Shown: in pieces, positions 1-8,668 of the stretch
Position numbering within the stretch: position 1 is the first letter of the stretch
Layout: every line of letters begins with the position of its first letter
NCBI GenBank assembly: GCA_038320885.1
Contig: JBBQER010000003.1
Span: 11,794-75,793 of the forward strand
Reading direction: 5' to 3'
Length of the DNA: 64,000 nt
Source of the DNA: Acidimicrobiia bacterium
GTDB lineage: Bacteria > Actinomycetota > Acidimicrobiia > IMCC26256 > PALSA-610
The notes under the pieces: model-generated
The model's database searches: none
Seen by the model: only the letters and a program-made list of their open reading frames with translations
Told to the model about the DNA's origin: nothing
Made by a program: the position numbers and the translations under genes

Positions 1-1
1 C

Positions 2-646
2 GACTCTTGGTATTGGCATCTGGTGGTTCCGGAGTTGCGGGCGCGCGGGAACGACACGGTAACGATGGATCTTCCGTGCGAAGACGATTCCGCGGGCTTG
101 GCCGAGTACACCGACACCGTTGTCGACGCGATCGGCGATCGCACCGATCTCGTGGTGGTCGCGCAGTCGATGGCCGGATTCACCGCGCCGCTCGTGTGTG
201 AACGCGTGCTGGTCGACATGATGATCCTGGTTGCGGCGATGGTTCCGTGCCCGGGCGAGTCGCCGGGGGACTGGTGGGCCAATACCGGTTTTGAGGAAGC
301 GAGGCGCGCGGAGGCCGTGCGCGACGGCCGCCCGACCGACGGAGACTTCGACCCGATCGAGACGTTCTTCCACGACGTGCCGCCCGACGTCACGGCAGAG
401 GCGATGGCGAGAGGCGAACGCGCGCAGTCGGGAACGCCGTTCGAGAAGCCGTGGCCGCTCGCGGCGTGGCCCGACGTGCCGACGAAATTCATCCTGTGTC
501 GACACGACCGTTTCTTCCCCGCCGAGTTCCAACGTCGGGTCGTCCGCGATCGACTCGGCATGGCACCCGACGAGATCGACGGCGGCCATCTCCCGGCGCT
601 CGCGCACCCGAAGGACCTCGTCGAACGCCTGGAGGCGTACCGATGA
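2..646 (+). CDS. alpha/beta-hydrolase fold protein (methylesterase-like); 5' end runs off the window
   Basis: Frame is open from base 2 (DSWYWHLVVPELRARG...). Nucleophile-elbow-like VVAQSMAG and C-terminal GGHLPALAHP. High GC3. Confidence 0.7.
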   Translation, partial: DSWYWHLVVPELRARGNDTVTMDLPCEDDSAGLAEYTDTVVDAIGDRTDLVVVAQSMAGFTAPLVCERVLVDMMILVAAMVPCPGESPGDWWANTGFEEARRAEAVRDGRPTDGDFDPIETFFHDVPPDVTAEAMARGERAQSGTPFEKPWPLAAWPDVPTKFILCRHDRFFPAEFQRRVVRDRLGMAPDEIDGGHLPALAHPKDLVERLEAYR

Positions 647-1089
647 AGTTCACTGCGAAGGTCGAGCTCGGTGGCAAGACCGCGACCGGGATCGTGATTC
701 CGGAGAAGGTCGTGACGAGCCTCGGATCGGGCAAGAAGCCCGCCGTGCGCGTGACGATCAACGGTCATACGTACCGCAGCACCGTGGCGCCGCGCGGAGG
801 GAAGTTCATGTTGCCGCTCAGCGCGGAGAACCGCGAGGGCACCGGCGTCGCCGCGGGCGACACCGTGCAGGTCGAGATCGAGCTCGACACCGAGAAGCGC
901 GAGCTCGCGATACCCGCCGACCTCGCCCAAGCGCTCCGGCGCGACGCCGATGCCCGGCGATTCTTCGACGGCTTGTCGTACAGCAAGAAGCAGCGCTTCG
1001 TGCTCCCGATCGAGCAGGCCAAGGCTTCCGAGACCCGTCAGCGCCGTATCGGCAAGACCGTGGAGATGTGCCGCGAAGGACGCATCTGA
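643..1089 (+). CDS. DUF1905 / YdeI-OmpD-associated family protein
   Basis: ATGA overlap with the upstream stop. MKFTAKVELGGKTATGIVIPEKV...VRVTINGHTYRSTVAP (DUF1905-like) followed by a YdeI-like tail FFDGLSYSKKQRFV. Confidence 0.75.
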   Translation: MKFTAKVELGGKTATGIVIPEKVVTSLGSGKKPAVRVTINGHTYRSTVAPRGGKFMLPLSAENREGTGVAAGDTVQVEIELDTEKRELAIPADLAQALRRDADARRFFDGLSYSKKQRFVLPIEQAKASETRQRRIGKTVEMCREGRI

Positions 1090-1155
1090 ACCACCGCGCG
1101 TGATCCTCGACTCGACCCGCCGGGTGTCATACCTTGGCGAAATGCAGGGTCCAGG

Positions 1156-2217
1156 ATGAGCGGCGCGACCGCGAGCATCGACGCGCTCGCCGCCCGGCTC
1201 GCGGTCCGGCTGACCGGTATCCGCAAGCGATTCGGCTCCGTCGTTGCCGCCGACGCGGTGGATCTCGAGATCACCGCGGGCGAGTTCTTCACCATGCTCG
1301 GCCCGTCGGGGTCGGGCAAGACCACGCTGCTCCGGATCATCGCCGGCTTCGAGCGACCCGACAAGGGAGCCGTCGAGCTCGCGGGCGTCGACGTCACGCG
1401 CGACCCGCCGTACCTGCGCAATGTCAACACCGTGTTCCAGGACTACGCGCTCTTCCCGCACATGACCGTGCTCCAGAACGTCGAATACGGATTGCGCGTT
1501 CGGAAGGTCCCGCGTCCGGAACGCCGCCGGAAGGCCGAGGCCGCGCTCGACATGGTCCGCCTCTCCGGCTTGGGGGAGCGCAAGCCGGTGCAACTGTCGG
1601 GCGGACAGCGCCAGCGGGTCGCGCTGGCGCGGGCCATCGTGAACGAGCCCGAGGTGTTGCTGCTCGACGAGCCACTCGGAGCCCTCGACCTCAAGCTGCG
1701 TCAGGAGATGCAGACCGAGCTCAAGCGGATCCAGCGTGAAGTGGGCATCACGTTCGTCTATGTGACCCACGACCAAGAAGAAGCGCTCACGATGAGCGAT
1801 CGCGTCGCGGTCATGAAAGCGGGCCGGATCGAGCAGTTGGGAACACCGGTCGACGTGTACGAGCGACCGGCGACCGAATTCGTCGCCGGCTTCATCGGGG
1901 TGTCCAACCTCTTGGAACGGGATGGTCGGCGGATCACGGTGCGGCCCGAGAAGGTACAGCTCCTCGGGCTCGATGATCTGCCGCCGCCCGACTCGCACGT
2001 CGAAGGCGGCGTCATCACCGACGTCGTCTATCTCGGCGTGGTTACGCGCTACGTCGTCACCCTCGATGTGGGAGGAGAGCTCGTCGCGGTACGCCAGAAC
2101 CTCGAAACCGCGGCGGCCGACGCGCTCGAGTCGCAAGGCCAACGGGTGCAAGTCGCATGGCGAAACAATCAGGCTTACGAGATCGCGGCGGAAACTCCGT
2201 CAGAGGAGGAACACTGA
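1156..2217 (+). CDS. potA: ABC transporter ATP-binding protein, spermidine/putrescine (PotA) type
   Basis: Walker [10 protein letters not shown], signature LSGGQRQR, Walker B LLLDEP, C-terminal TOBE-like region. First gene of an ATPase-SBP-permease-permease operon. Confidence 0.9.
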   Translation: MSGATASIDALAARLAVRLTGIRKRFGSVVAADAVDLEITAGEFFTMLGPSGSGKTTLLRIIAGFERPDKGAVELAGVDVTRDPPYLRNVNTVFQDYALFPHMTVLQNVEYGLRVRKVPRPERRRKAEAALDMVRLSGLGERKPVQLSGGQRQRVALARAIVNEPEVLLLDEPLGALDLKLRQEMQTELKRIQREVGITFVYVTHDQEEALTMSDRVAVMKAGRIEQLGTPVDVYERPATEFVAGFIGVSNLLERDGRRITVRPEKVQLLGLDDLPPPDSHVEGGVITDVVYLGVVTRYVVTLDVGGELVAVRQNLETAAADALESQGQRVQVAWRNNQAYEIAAETPSEEEH

Positions 2218-3368
2218 TGCAGCCAAGTTCGAGCGTCCGAGGCTGGAAAGCCGCGACCATGCTGATCGCCGCACTGGCGTTGACGTTGGTCGCGTGCGGA
2301 AGCAGCTCCAAGACCAGCGCGCCGTCGAACTCGTCGGGAACGAGCGATCTGGTCGCTCCGACGCGCAACGAGCCACTGCAATCGAGCATCGGGAAGGGCG
2401 AGGGCAAGGTCAACATCATCGTCTGGGAGGGCTACGCCGAGAAGGAGTGGGTCAAGCCGTTCGAGCAGCAGTCCGGCTGCAAGGTCAACGCGAAGTACGC
2501 GGGAACGTCGAGTGACATGGTCTCGCTGATGGCGAACGGCGGCGGCGGCCAGTACGACCTCGTGTCGGCATCCGGCGACGCCGATCTCCGCCTCATCTAC
2601 GGCGGCGACGTGCGCCCCGTGAACGTGAACCTGATCCCGGAGTGGAAGAACTTCCGGCCGTTCCTGCAGAGCCCGTCGTTCAACACCATCGACGGCGTGC
2701 ACTACGGCGTGTCGCTCGCGTTCGGTCCGAACGTCTTGCTCTACGACACGACGAAATTCCCGACCCCGCCTACCTCGTGGTCGACGATCTACGACAAGAA
2801 GTACTCCGGCAAGGTGTCGGTGCCCAACAACCCGATCCAGATCGCGGATGCGGCGCTGTACCTCTCGAAGTCGACGACGAGCCTCGGTATCACCGATCCG
2901 TACGAGCTCACGCAGACCCAGTTCGACGCGGCCGTCAACCTGCTCAAGCAGCAGAAGCCGCTCATCAAGAAGTACTGGGGCCTCGCCTCGGAGGAGATCT
3001 CGCTGTTCCAGAACCACGAGGCGGTCGTCGGTGCCGCGTGGCCGTACCAGACAGGAACGCTCAAGGCCGCCAACTTCCCGGCGGCCGACGTGATCCCGAA
3101 GGAAGGCGCGACCGGATGGGCCGACACCTATCTCCTCGCCACGAAGGCGCCGCACCCCAACTGTGCGTACTTGTGGATGAAGTACATGAGCGAGCCCAAG
3201 CCGCAGGCGCAACAGGCGAATTTCTACGGCGAGGTGCCGGCGAACACCAAGGCCTGTGCGGTGATGGACCAGCTCGTGAAGGGCGGCTGCGCGGCGGAGC
3301 ACGCCGATCAGCCCGAGGCCTACTTCAAGACGATCAAGTTCTGGAAGACACCGCTCCCGCAGCGGTAA
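2217..3368 (+). CDS. ABC substrate-binding lipoprotein (PotD/PotF family)
   Basis: ATG overlaps the potA stop (TGATG). Signal peptide with lipobox LTLVAC. PotD-like body. The track ORF 2157.. was trimmed to this internal start. Confidence 0.85.
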   Translation: MQPSSSVRGWKAATMLIAALALTLVACGSSSKTSAPSNSSGTSDLVAPTRNEPLQSSIGKGEGKVNIIVWEGYAEKEWVKPFEQQSGCKVNAKYAGTSSDMVSLMANGGGGQYDLVSASGDADLRLIYGGDVRPVNVNLIPEWKNFRPFLQSPSFNTIDGVHYGVSLAFGPNVLLYDTTKFPTPPTSWSTIYDKKYSGKVSVPNNPIQIADAALYLSKSTTSLGITDPYELTQTQFDAAVNLLKQQKPLIKKYWGLASEEISLFQNHEAVVGAAWPYQTGTLKAANFPAADVIPKEGATGWADTYLLATKAPHPNCAYLWMKYMSEPKPQAQQANFYGEVPANTKACAVMDQLVKGGCAAEHADQPEAYFKTIKFWKTPLPQR

Positions 3369-3463
3369 CGGCAAAACCGACTGCGTCGGGTTCCAGAAAT
3401 GGGCAACGGCCTGGACCGAGATCACCGGGTAGGCGAGATCACGGTAGGGAGGCCGACCGGCCG

Positions 3464-4372
3464 GTGACGACAACGACGGCCCCCGCGGGCCAACGATCGT
3501 CCCGCGTGGCCCGGGCCTCGGCGGCGCTCTGGCGTCGACCGTGGCTCCGGGCCGCGCTGACGATCTCGCCTCCGCTCGCGTGGTTCCTGGTGATCTACCT
3601 CGCGTCGCTCGTGGCGATGCTCGTGACCGCGTTCTGGACGGTCAACCCCTTCACGAACCATCTCGAGCACCACTTGACGCTGGCGAACTTCCGCCAGATC
3701 TTCACCGCCACCTACCTGCACATCATCTGGCGCACGATCGTGCTCGCGACGCTCGTGACGCTCACCGACGCGATCATCGCGTTCCCGTTCGCGTTCTACA
3801 TGGCGCGGGTCGCGACGAGCCGCGTGCGGAGCTTGCTCTTCATGGCCGTGCTGCTGCCGCTCTGGGCCAGCTACCTCGCGCGGATCTACGCGTGGATCGT
3901 GATCCTCACCAAGGGGGGCACGCTCGACTGGACGTTCGAGCATCTCGGCCTGCCCCAGCCGAACATCGGATACACGCTCACTGCCATGTGGCTCGTGTTC
4001 TCGTACATCTGGCTGCCGTTCATGATCATCCCGGTGTACGCCGCGCTCGAGCGCATCCCCGACTCTCTGATCGAGGCATCCGGCGACCTGGGAGCCCGCA
4101 GCCTGCGAACGTTCCGCGGCGTCGTGCTGCCGCTCGCGTTGCCCGGCGTCATCGCGGGCTCGATCTTCACGTTCTCGCTCACGCTCGGCGACTTCATCAC
4201 GCCGCTGCTGATCGGCGGGACGAACTCCAACCTCATCGGCAATGTGATCTACGACAACATCGGCACGGCGAACAATCTGCCGTTCGCGGCCGCGCTCGCG
4301 ATCGTGCCGATCGTGATCATGAGCGTCTACCTACTCGCGGCGAGAGCCGTCGGCGCGTTCGAGGCGATGTAA
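3464..4372 (+). CDS. ABC transporter permease (PotB-like)
   Basis: GTG preceded by GGGAGG. Multi-TM protein with an EAA-like loop IEASGDLGARSLRTFRGVVLP. The 5' part of track ORF 2642.. is an Arg/Pro-rich read-through. Confidence 0.85.
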   Translation: MTTTTAPAGQRSSRVARASAALWRRPWLRAALTISPPLAWFLVIYLASLVAMLVTAFWTVNPFTNHLEHHLTLANFRQIFTATYLHIIWRTIVLATLVTLTDAIIAFPFAFYMARVATSRVRSLLFMAVLLPLWASYLARIYAWIVILTKGGTLDWTFEHLGLPQPNIGYTLTAMWLVFSYIWLPFMIIPVYAALERIPDSLIEASGDLGARSLRTFRGVVLPLALPGVIAGSIFTFSLTLGDFITPLLIGGTNSNLIGNVIYDNIGTANNLPFAAALAIVPIVIMSVYLLAARAVGAFEAM

Positions 4373-5203
4373 ATGCACGGGCGCACGACGCGGTGGGTGC
4401 TGGGCGCGTGGGTGCTGGCCGTTCTGCTGTTCCTGTTCATCCCGATCTTCACCATCATCATCTTCGCCTTCGACCGGTCGAACGTGCAGAGCTGGCCGAT
4501 CGACCACTACACGACGAAGTGGTTTTCTGTCGCGTGGCACGACGAGGAGGTAAGGACCGCGCTCGGGCTGTCGCTCAAGGCCGGGCTCCAGGCAACGATC
4601 CTGGCGCTCCTCCTGGGATCAGCGGCTGCGTTCGCGGTGCACCGGTTCAAGTTCTTCGGACGCGAGGCGATCTCGCTGCTCCTCGTGCTGCCGCTCGCAC
4701 TGCCGGGGATCATCACGGGTATCGCGTTGCAGTCGTTCTTCAACTTCAACGGCGTCAATTTCTCGCTCACGACGATCGTGATCGGCCACACCACGTTCTG
4801 CATCGTGGTCATCTACAACAACGTGGTCGCGCGTCTGCGCCGGACGTCGGTGTCGCTGAACGAGGCGTCGGCCGATCTCGGCGCTTACCCGTGGCAGACC
4901 TTCCGCTTCATCACGCTGCCGACGCTGTCGACCGCGCTCATCGCCGGCGCGCTGCTCGCGTTCGCGCTGTCGTTCGACGAGGTGATCGTCACGACGTTCA
5001 CCGCCGGCGCGCAGAACACCTTGCCGCTCTGGATCTTCGGTGCCATCCGGCTCGGTCAGCAGCTGCCCGAGGTAAACGCGGTGGTGGGGTTCGTGCTCGC
5101 GCTCACGATCATCCCGGTCGCGATCTCGGTCCGGCTCACCGGCGGCGGGGGCATGACGCGGTCGTCGGTTCGTGCCGCACGCGATCAGGCCGAACCGTCC
5201 TGA
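4373..5203 (+). CDS. ABC transporter permease (PotC-like)
   Basis: Starts immediately after the previous stop. Six-TM pattern and EAA loop NEASADLGAYPWQTFRFITLP. Confidence 0.85.
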   Translation: MHGRTTRWVLGAWVLAVLLFLFIPIFTIIIFAFDRSNVQSWPIDHYTTKWFSVAWHDEEVRTALGLSLKAGLQATILALLLGSAAAFAVHRFKFFGREAISLLLVLPLALPGIITGIALQSFFNFNGVNFSLTTIVIGHTTFCIVVIYNNVVARLRRTSVSLNEASADLGAYPWQTFRFITLPTLSTALIAGALLAFALSFDEVIVTTFTAGAQNTLPLWIFGAIRLGQQLPEVNAVVGFVLALTIIPVAISVRLTGGGGMTRSSVRAARDQAEPS

Positions 5204-5212
5204 TCGACCGGG

Positions 5213-6091
5213 CTACGTGAACGCCATCTCGAGACCGCCCAGCATCTGGCGCCACTCGGTTGGTGTCGAGGCGGGAAGAGGAGCGCGGATGCTCAAGGCC
5301 TCGAGCAATTCCACCGCGTGGCCGCGCAGGCAGGGAGCATCGGACGCGTCCAACCCGTCGCGTACCGAAGCCGAGTCGGCTACCTCCACCGCAAATGATG
5401 ACGAAGGGTCCGACGTCTCGACCGCGAACACGCCCCTGATCGCGTCGCCGCGACTGATCGCGAAGGCCGGGCTGAGCGCAGCCGCGTACCGCAGCGACGC
5501 GAGCACTTCATCGTCCTCTTCCGGCGGTGTGAACCCGAGCGGCAGGGCAATGTCGCGCTCGTGCACCCACGAGTCCCACAATGCGTGTTGCGCGAGGAGA
5601 CGAATCGGCAGGTGACCGGGCGGCGACTCGGCGAGCGTCGACCATCCGTTGTCGTCGAGCGGCGCGAGCAGATCGAGGTAGGCGTCGTTCGACGACGCGA
5701 ACTGGTCGAGAACCTCCGACGGCGCCAGCGCGCGCAGCGGCTCGACGAACAGCGGTGGTGTGGCCGCGGGATCGAAGTTCTCCAGCACTCGGGTCGGCGT
5801 GCCCGCCAGGCCGGCCATCGTGGACATCTGCCAAAAGCCGTTGACCGTGATCAGGTGAGCAACCACATCCTGGACGGTCCAACCCTCACAACGCGTCGGC
5901 GCCTTCCACTCGGCGTCACCGAAGTCGCCGAGCATCTTGGCCATGCGCCTCCGCTGGCGCACGACCGGAGCGAGCTGGTCGTCGAGCGGTCCGTCGATCG
6001 AGATGATCGCCGGCGGGTCGTAGCGCGGTGACAGTTTCACGCGCCCGACGGTATCCGAGAACGCCGCGCCGTATCTTTTGACCGTATGCAT
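5213..6091 (-). CDS. mycothiol-dependent maleylpyruvate isomerase family / DinB-like metal-binding protein
   Basis: WKAPTRCEGWTVQDVVAHL motif typical of the TIGR03083 family. The start (MHTVK at 6091) is uncertain and a downstream GTG is possible. Confidence 0.65.
   Translation of the reverse strand: MHTVKRYGAAFSDTVGRVKLSPRYDPPAIISIDGPLDDQLAPVVRQRRRMAKMLGDFGDAEWKAPTRCEGWTVQDVVAHLITVNGFWQMSTMAGLAGTPTRVLENFDPAATPPLFVEPLRALAPSEVLDQFASSNDAYLDLLAPLDDNGWSTLAESPPGHLPIRLLAQHALWDSWVHERDIALPLGFTPPEEDDEVLASLRYAAALSPAFAISRGDAIRGVFAVETSDPSSSFAVEVADSASVRDGLDASDAPCLRGHAVELLEALSIRAPLPASTPTEWRQMLGGLEMAFT
6072..6077 (+). promoter_or_regulatory. candidate -10 hexamer TATCTT, 8 nt upstream of the ATG at 6086 (leaderless candidate)
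   Basis: TAnnnT hexamer, no Shine-Dalgarno sequence between it and the start codon. Confidence 0.3.
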
Positions 6092-7138
6092 CCGCTCGCC
6101 GAGCTCTGGACGTGGTTCGCCGACACGTCGTGCGCCGGCTACTCGCCGCTGTACGACCGCATCGCGCGCGCGGTGGCCGCGAGCCCGGAGATGATCGACC
6201 TCATCAGCGCGGCGCCGCCGGAGGGTCATCAACCCACGGTCCTGCTCGCGTCGGTCCACTACCTGCTACTCGGTGGCCTCGACCATCCGCTCGCATCGGT
6301 ATACGACGGCGCCTCAGATGCCGAACCCGGCCCACTCTTCATCGACATGTGTGTGCACAACCGCGATCGCGTCGTGGATCTTCTCGCGACGCGTCATACC
6401 AACACCAACGAGGTCGGACGGTCGGCCGTGCTCGGGCCCGCGCTCACAACCGTCGCCGAGACACTCGGCGCGCCACTCGGTCTGGTCGACGTCGGTTGCA
6501 GCGCCGGCCTCAACCTCCTGTGCGATCGGTACCTGCTCGACTACGGCGCGTCCGGAACGACGGGACCGGGCGACGCCGCCGTGCGCATCTCGTGTGAGGT
6601 CGTCGGCGGGCGGCCGCCGATCGCGCCGGCGCTTCCGGCGATCGCGGCTCGCGTCGGGATCGATCGCGATCCGGTGGATGCGACCGACGACGACGACGTG
6701 CGTTGGCAGCTCGCCTGCGTGTGGCCCGACACCGGCCGGCTCCCGCGCACGCGCCTCGCGCTCGCGGAAGCGAAGCGCACGCCGCCGCGGTTCGTGCGCG
6801 GCGATGCGGTGCAACGCGTCGCCGACGTCGTCCTCGGCTTGCCGAGTGGGTCGGTCCCGGTCGTCGTGACGACGTGGGCGGCGGCCTACTTCCCGGTCCG
6901 GGAGCGGGTGGCGTTCCGGGAGGCGCTCGTGGCCGCCTCGCGTGAGCGGCCGGTCGCGTGGGTCAGCGGCGAGGGCGCGGGCGTCATCGATCTGTTCGCC
7001 GGGGTCGAGGTGCCGCGCGACGCCGACGGGTTGGAGCCGAGCCTGCTGGGTCTCGTCGTGTTCCGGGACGGCGTCGCCGACGCCCGCTTCCTCGCTTTCG
7101 TCCACCCGCACGGGAACTGGATCGACTGGCGCGCGTAG
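6086..7138 (+). CDS. DUF2332 domain-containing protein
   Basis: N-terminus ...YSPLYDRIARAVAASPEMIDLI...PTVLLASVHYLLL resembles the DUF2332 family as I recall it. Coding-like GC3. Confidence 0.65.
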   Translation: MHPLAELWTWFADTSCAGYSPLYDRIARAVAASPEMIDLISAAPPEGHQPTVLLASVHYLLLGGLDHPLASVYDGASDAEPGPLFIDMCVHNRDRVVDLLATRHTNTNEVGRSAVLGPALTTVAETLGAPLGLVDVGCSAGLNLLCDRYLLDYGASGTTGPGDAAVRISCEVVGGRPPIAPALPAIAARVGIDRDPVDATDDDDVRWQLACVWPDTGRLPRTRLALAEAKRTPPRFVRGDAVQRVADVVLGLPSGSVPVVVTTWAAAYFPVRERVAFREALVAASRERPVAWVSGEGAGVIDLFAGVEVPRDADGLEPSLLGLVVFRDGVADARFLAFVHPHGNWIDWRA

Positions 7139-7141
7139 GGT
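7136..7141 (+). promoter_or_regulatory. candidate -10 hexamer TAGGGT, 6 nt upstream of the GTG at 7148 (leaderless candidate)
   Basis: TAnnnT hexamer overlapping the upstream stop codon. No SD. Confidence 0.3.
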
Positions 7142-7147
7142 CAAGGC

Positions 7148-7597
7148 GTGCACGACTCCGTAACCGTTCATATGGCCGCTCCTCCCGAGCGGGTGTGGGA
7201 TCTCGTGAGCGACGTCACCCGCATCGGCGAGTTCAGTCCCGAGACGTTCGAGGCCGAGTGGCTCGAGGGGGCGACGGGCCCGGCCGTCGGTGCCAAGTTC
7301 CGCGGCCACGTGAAGCGAAACGGCAAGGGACCGATCTACTGGGTCACCTGCACGGTGATGGCCAGCGAGGCCGGCCGCGAGTTCACGTTCGGTACCAGTG
7401 GCAAGACCGAACCGTTGAACGTGTGGAGCTACCGGCTCGAGCCGAACGGTGACGGCACCGACGTGACCGAGTCGTTCCGGCTCGCGAACAAGCTCGGTCT
7501 GCGCGTCTATTGGGCCTTGCTGGGCTGGACGCGCGGGCGTACGAACCGCAACGGCATGCGCACGACGCTCGAACGGATGAAGGCGGTAGTCGAATGA
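7148..7597 (+). CDS. SRPBCC (polyketide cyclase/dehydrase-like) family protein
   Basis: VTVHMAAPPERVWDLVSDVTRIGEFSPE is a typical SRPBCC N-terminus. 149 aa. Confidence 0.75.
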   Translation: MHDSVTVHMAAPPERVWDLVSDVTRIGEFSPETFEAEWLEGATGPAVGAKFRGHVKRNGKGPIYWVTCTVMASEAGREFTFGTSGKTEPLNVWSYRLEPNGDGTDVTESFRLANKLGLRVYWALLGWTRGRTNRNGMRTTLERMKAVVE

Positions 7598-8661
7598 AGG
7601 CGTGGACGCTCGCGGTCGATCGCGACGACCTTTCCAACACCACGTTGACCGAGGGAGCGGTGCCCAATGTCGGGCCGGACGAGGCCCTGTTGCGTGTCGA
7701 CCGCGTCGGCATGACCGCGAACAACGTGACCTACGCCCTCATGGGCGACGCGATGCACTACTGGGACTTCTTCCCCGCGCCAGCCGGTCTGGGGCTCGTG
7801 CCGTTGTGGGGCTTCGCCGACGTCGTGGCATCGCGCACCGACGGCGTGGAGGTCGGTACCCGCGTCTACGGGTACTTGCCGCCTTCGAGTCACCTCCTCG
7901 TCCGGCCCGCGCGCGTCGACGAGCGCGGTTTCCGGGACGGAAGCGAGCACCGCCAGGCGCTGCCGTCGCCGTACAACGTGTACGCGCTCACGACCGCCGA
8001 TCCCGCGTACGAGGCGGACCGTGAGAATCTCCAGGTCCTCTACCGCCCGCTGTTCTACACGTCGTTCATGCTGGCCGATCAGCTCGACGACAACGGCTAC
8101 TTCGGCGCCGACGTGCTCGTGTTGTCGTCGGCTTCGAGCAAGACGGCCTACGGCGCCGCGTTCCTCCTGCAGGGCAACGGCCCCGAAGTGATCGGCCTCA
8201 CGTCGCCGGGCAACGTCGCCTTCACCGAGAGTCTCGGCTGCTACAACCGGGTCGTGTCGTACGACGCCATCGCCGACCTCGACGCGAAGCCCGCGACCGC
8301 GTACATCGACGTGCTCGGCAGCACCGACGTGCGCCTGCGCCTGCGCGAGCACTTGGGCCAGAGCCTGGTGCACGACGCGGTCGTCGGCATCACGTCGCAA
8401 GAGTCGTTCGGGGCCGCGGGCCTGACCGATCCGCAGCCCGCGTTCTTCTTCGCGCCCGACCAGATCCACAAGCGCACCGGCGACTGGGGCCGCGACGAGC
8501 TCGACCGCAAGTTCGGCGAGGCCTGGCAGCGCTTCGCACCCGTGGTCGACGGCTGGGTCGACGTGGTCGAGAACAACGGTCCCGAAGCACTGCGCGCCGC
8601 CTGGCTCGAAGTGCTCGCCAACAAAAGCGCCCCGCGCACCGGCCACATCATCACGTTCTGA
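7594..8661 (+). CDS. MDR/quinone-oxidoreductase-like protein (DUF2855-like)
   Basis: ATGA overlap with the upstream stop. EALLRVDRVGMTANNVTYA resembles an MDR N-terminal strand. Family assignment is from memory only. Confidence 0.55.
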   Translation: MKAWTLAVDRDDLSNTTLTEGAVPNVGPDEALLRVDRVGMTANNVTYALMGDAMHYWDFFPAPAGLGLVPLWGFADVVASRTDGVEVGTRVYGYLPPSSHLLVRPARVDERGFRDGSEHRQALPSPYNVYALTTADPAYEADRENLQVLYRPLFYTSFMLADQLDDNGYFGADVLVLSSASSKTAYGAAFLLQGNGPEVIGLTSPGNVAFTESLGCYNRVVSYDAIADLDAKPATAYIDVLGSTDVRLRLREHLGQSLVHDAVVGITSQESFGAAGLTDPQPAFFFAPDQIHKRTGDWGRDELDRKFGEAWQRFAPVVDGWVDVVENNGPEALRAAWLEVLANKSAPRTGHIITF

Positions 8662-8668
8662 AAGGCGG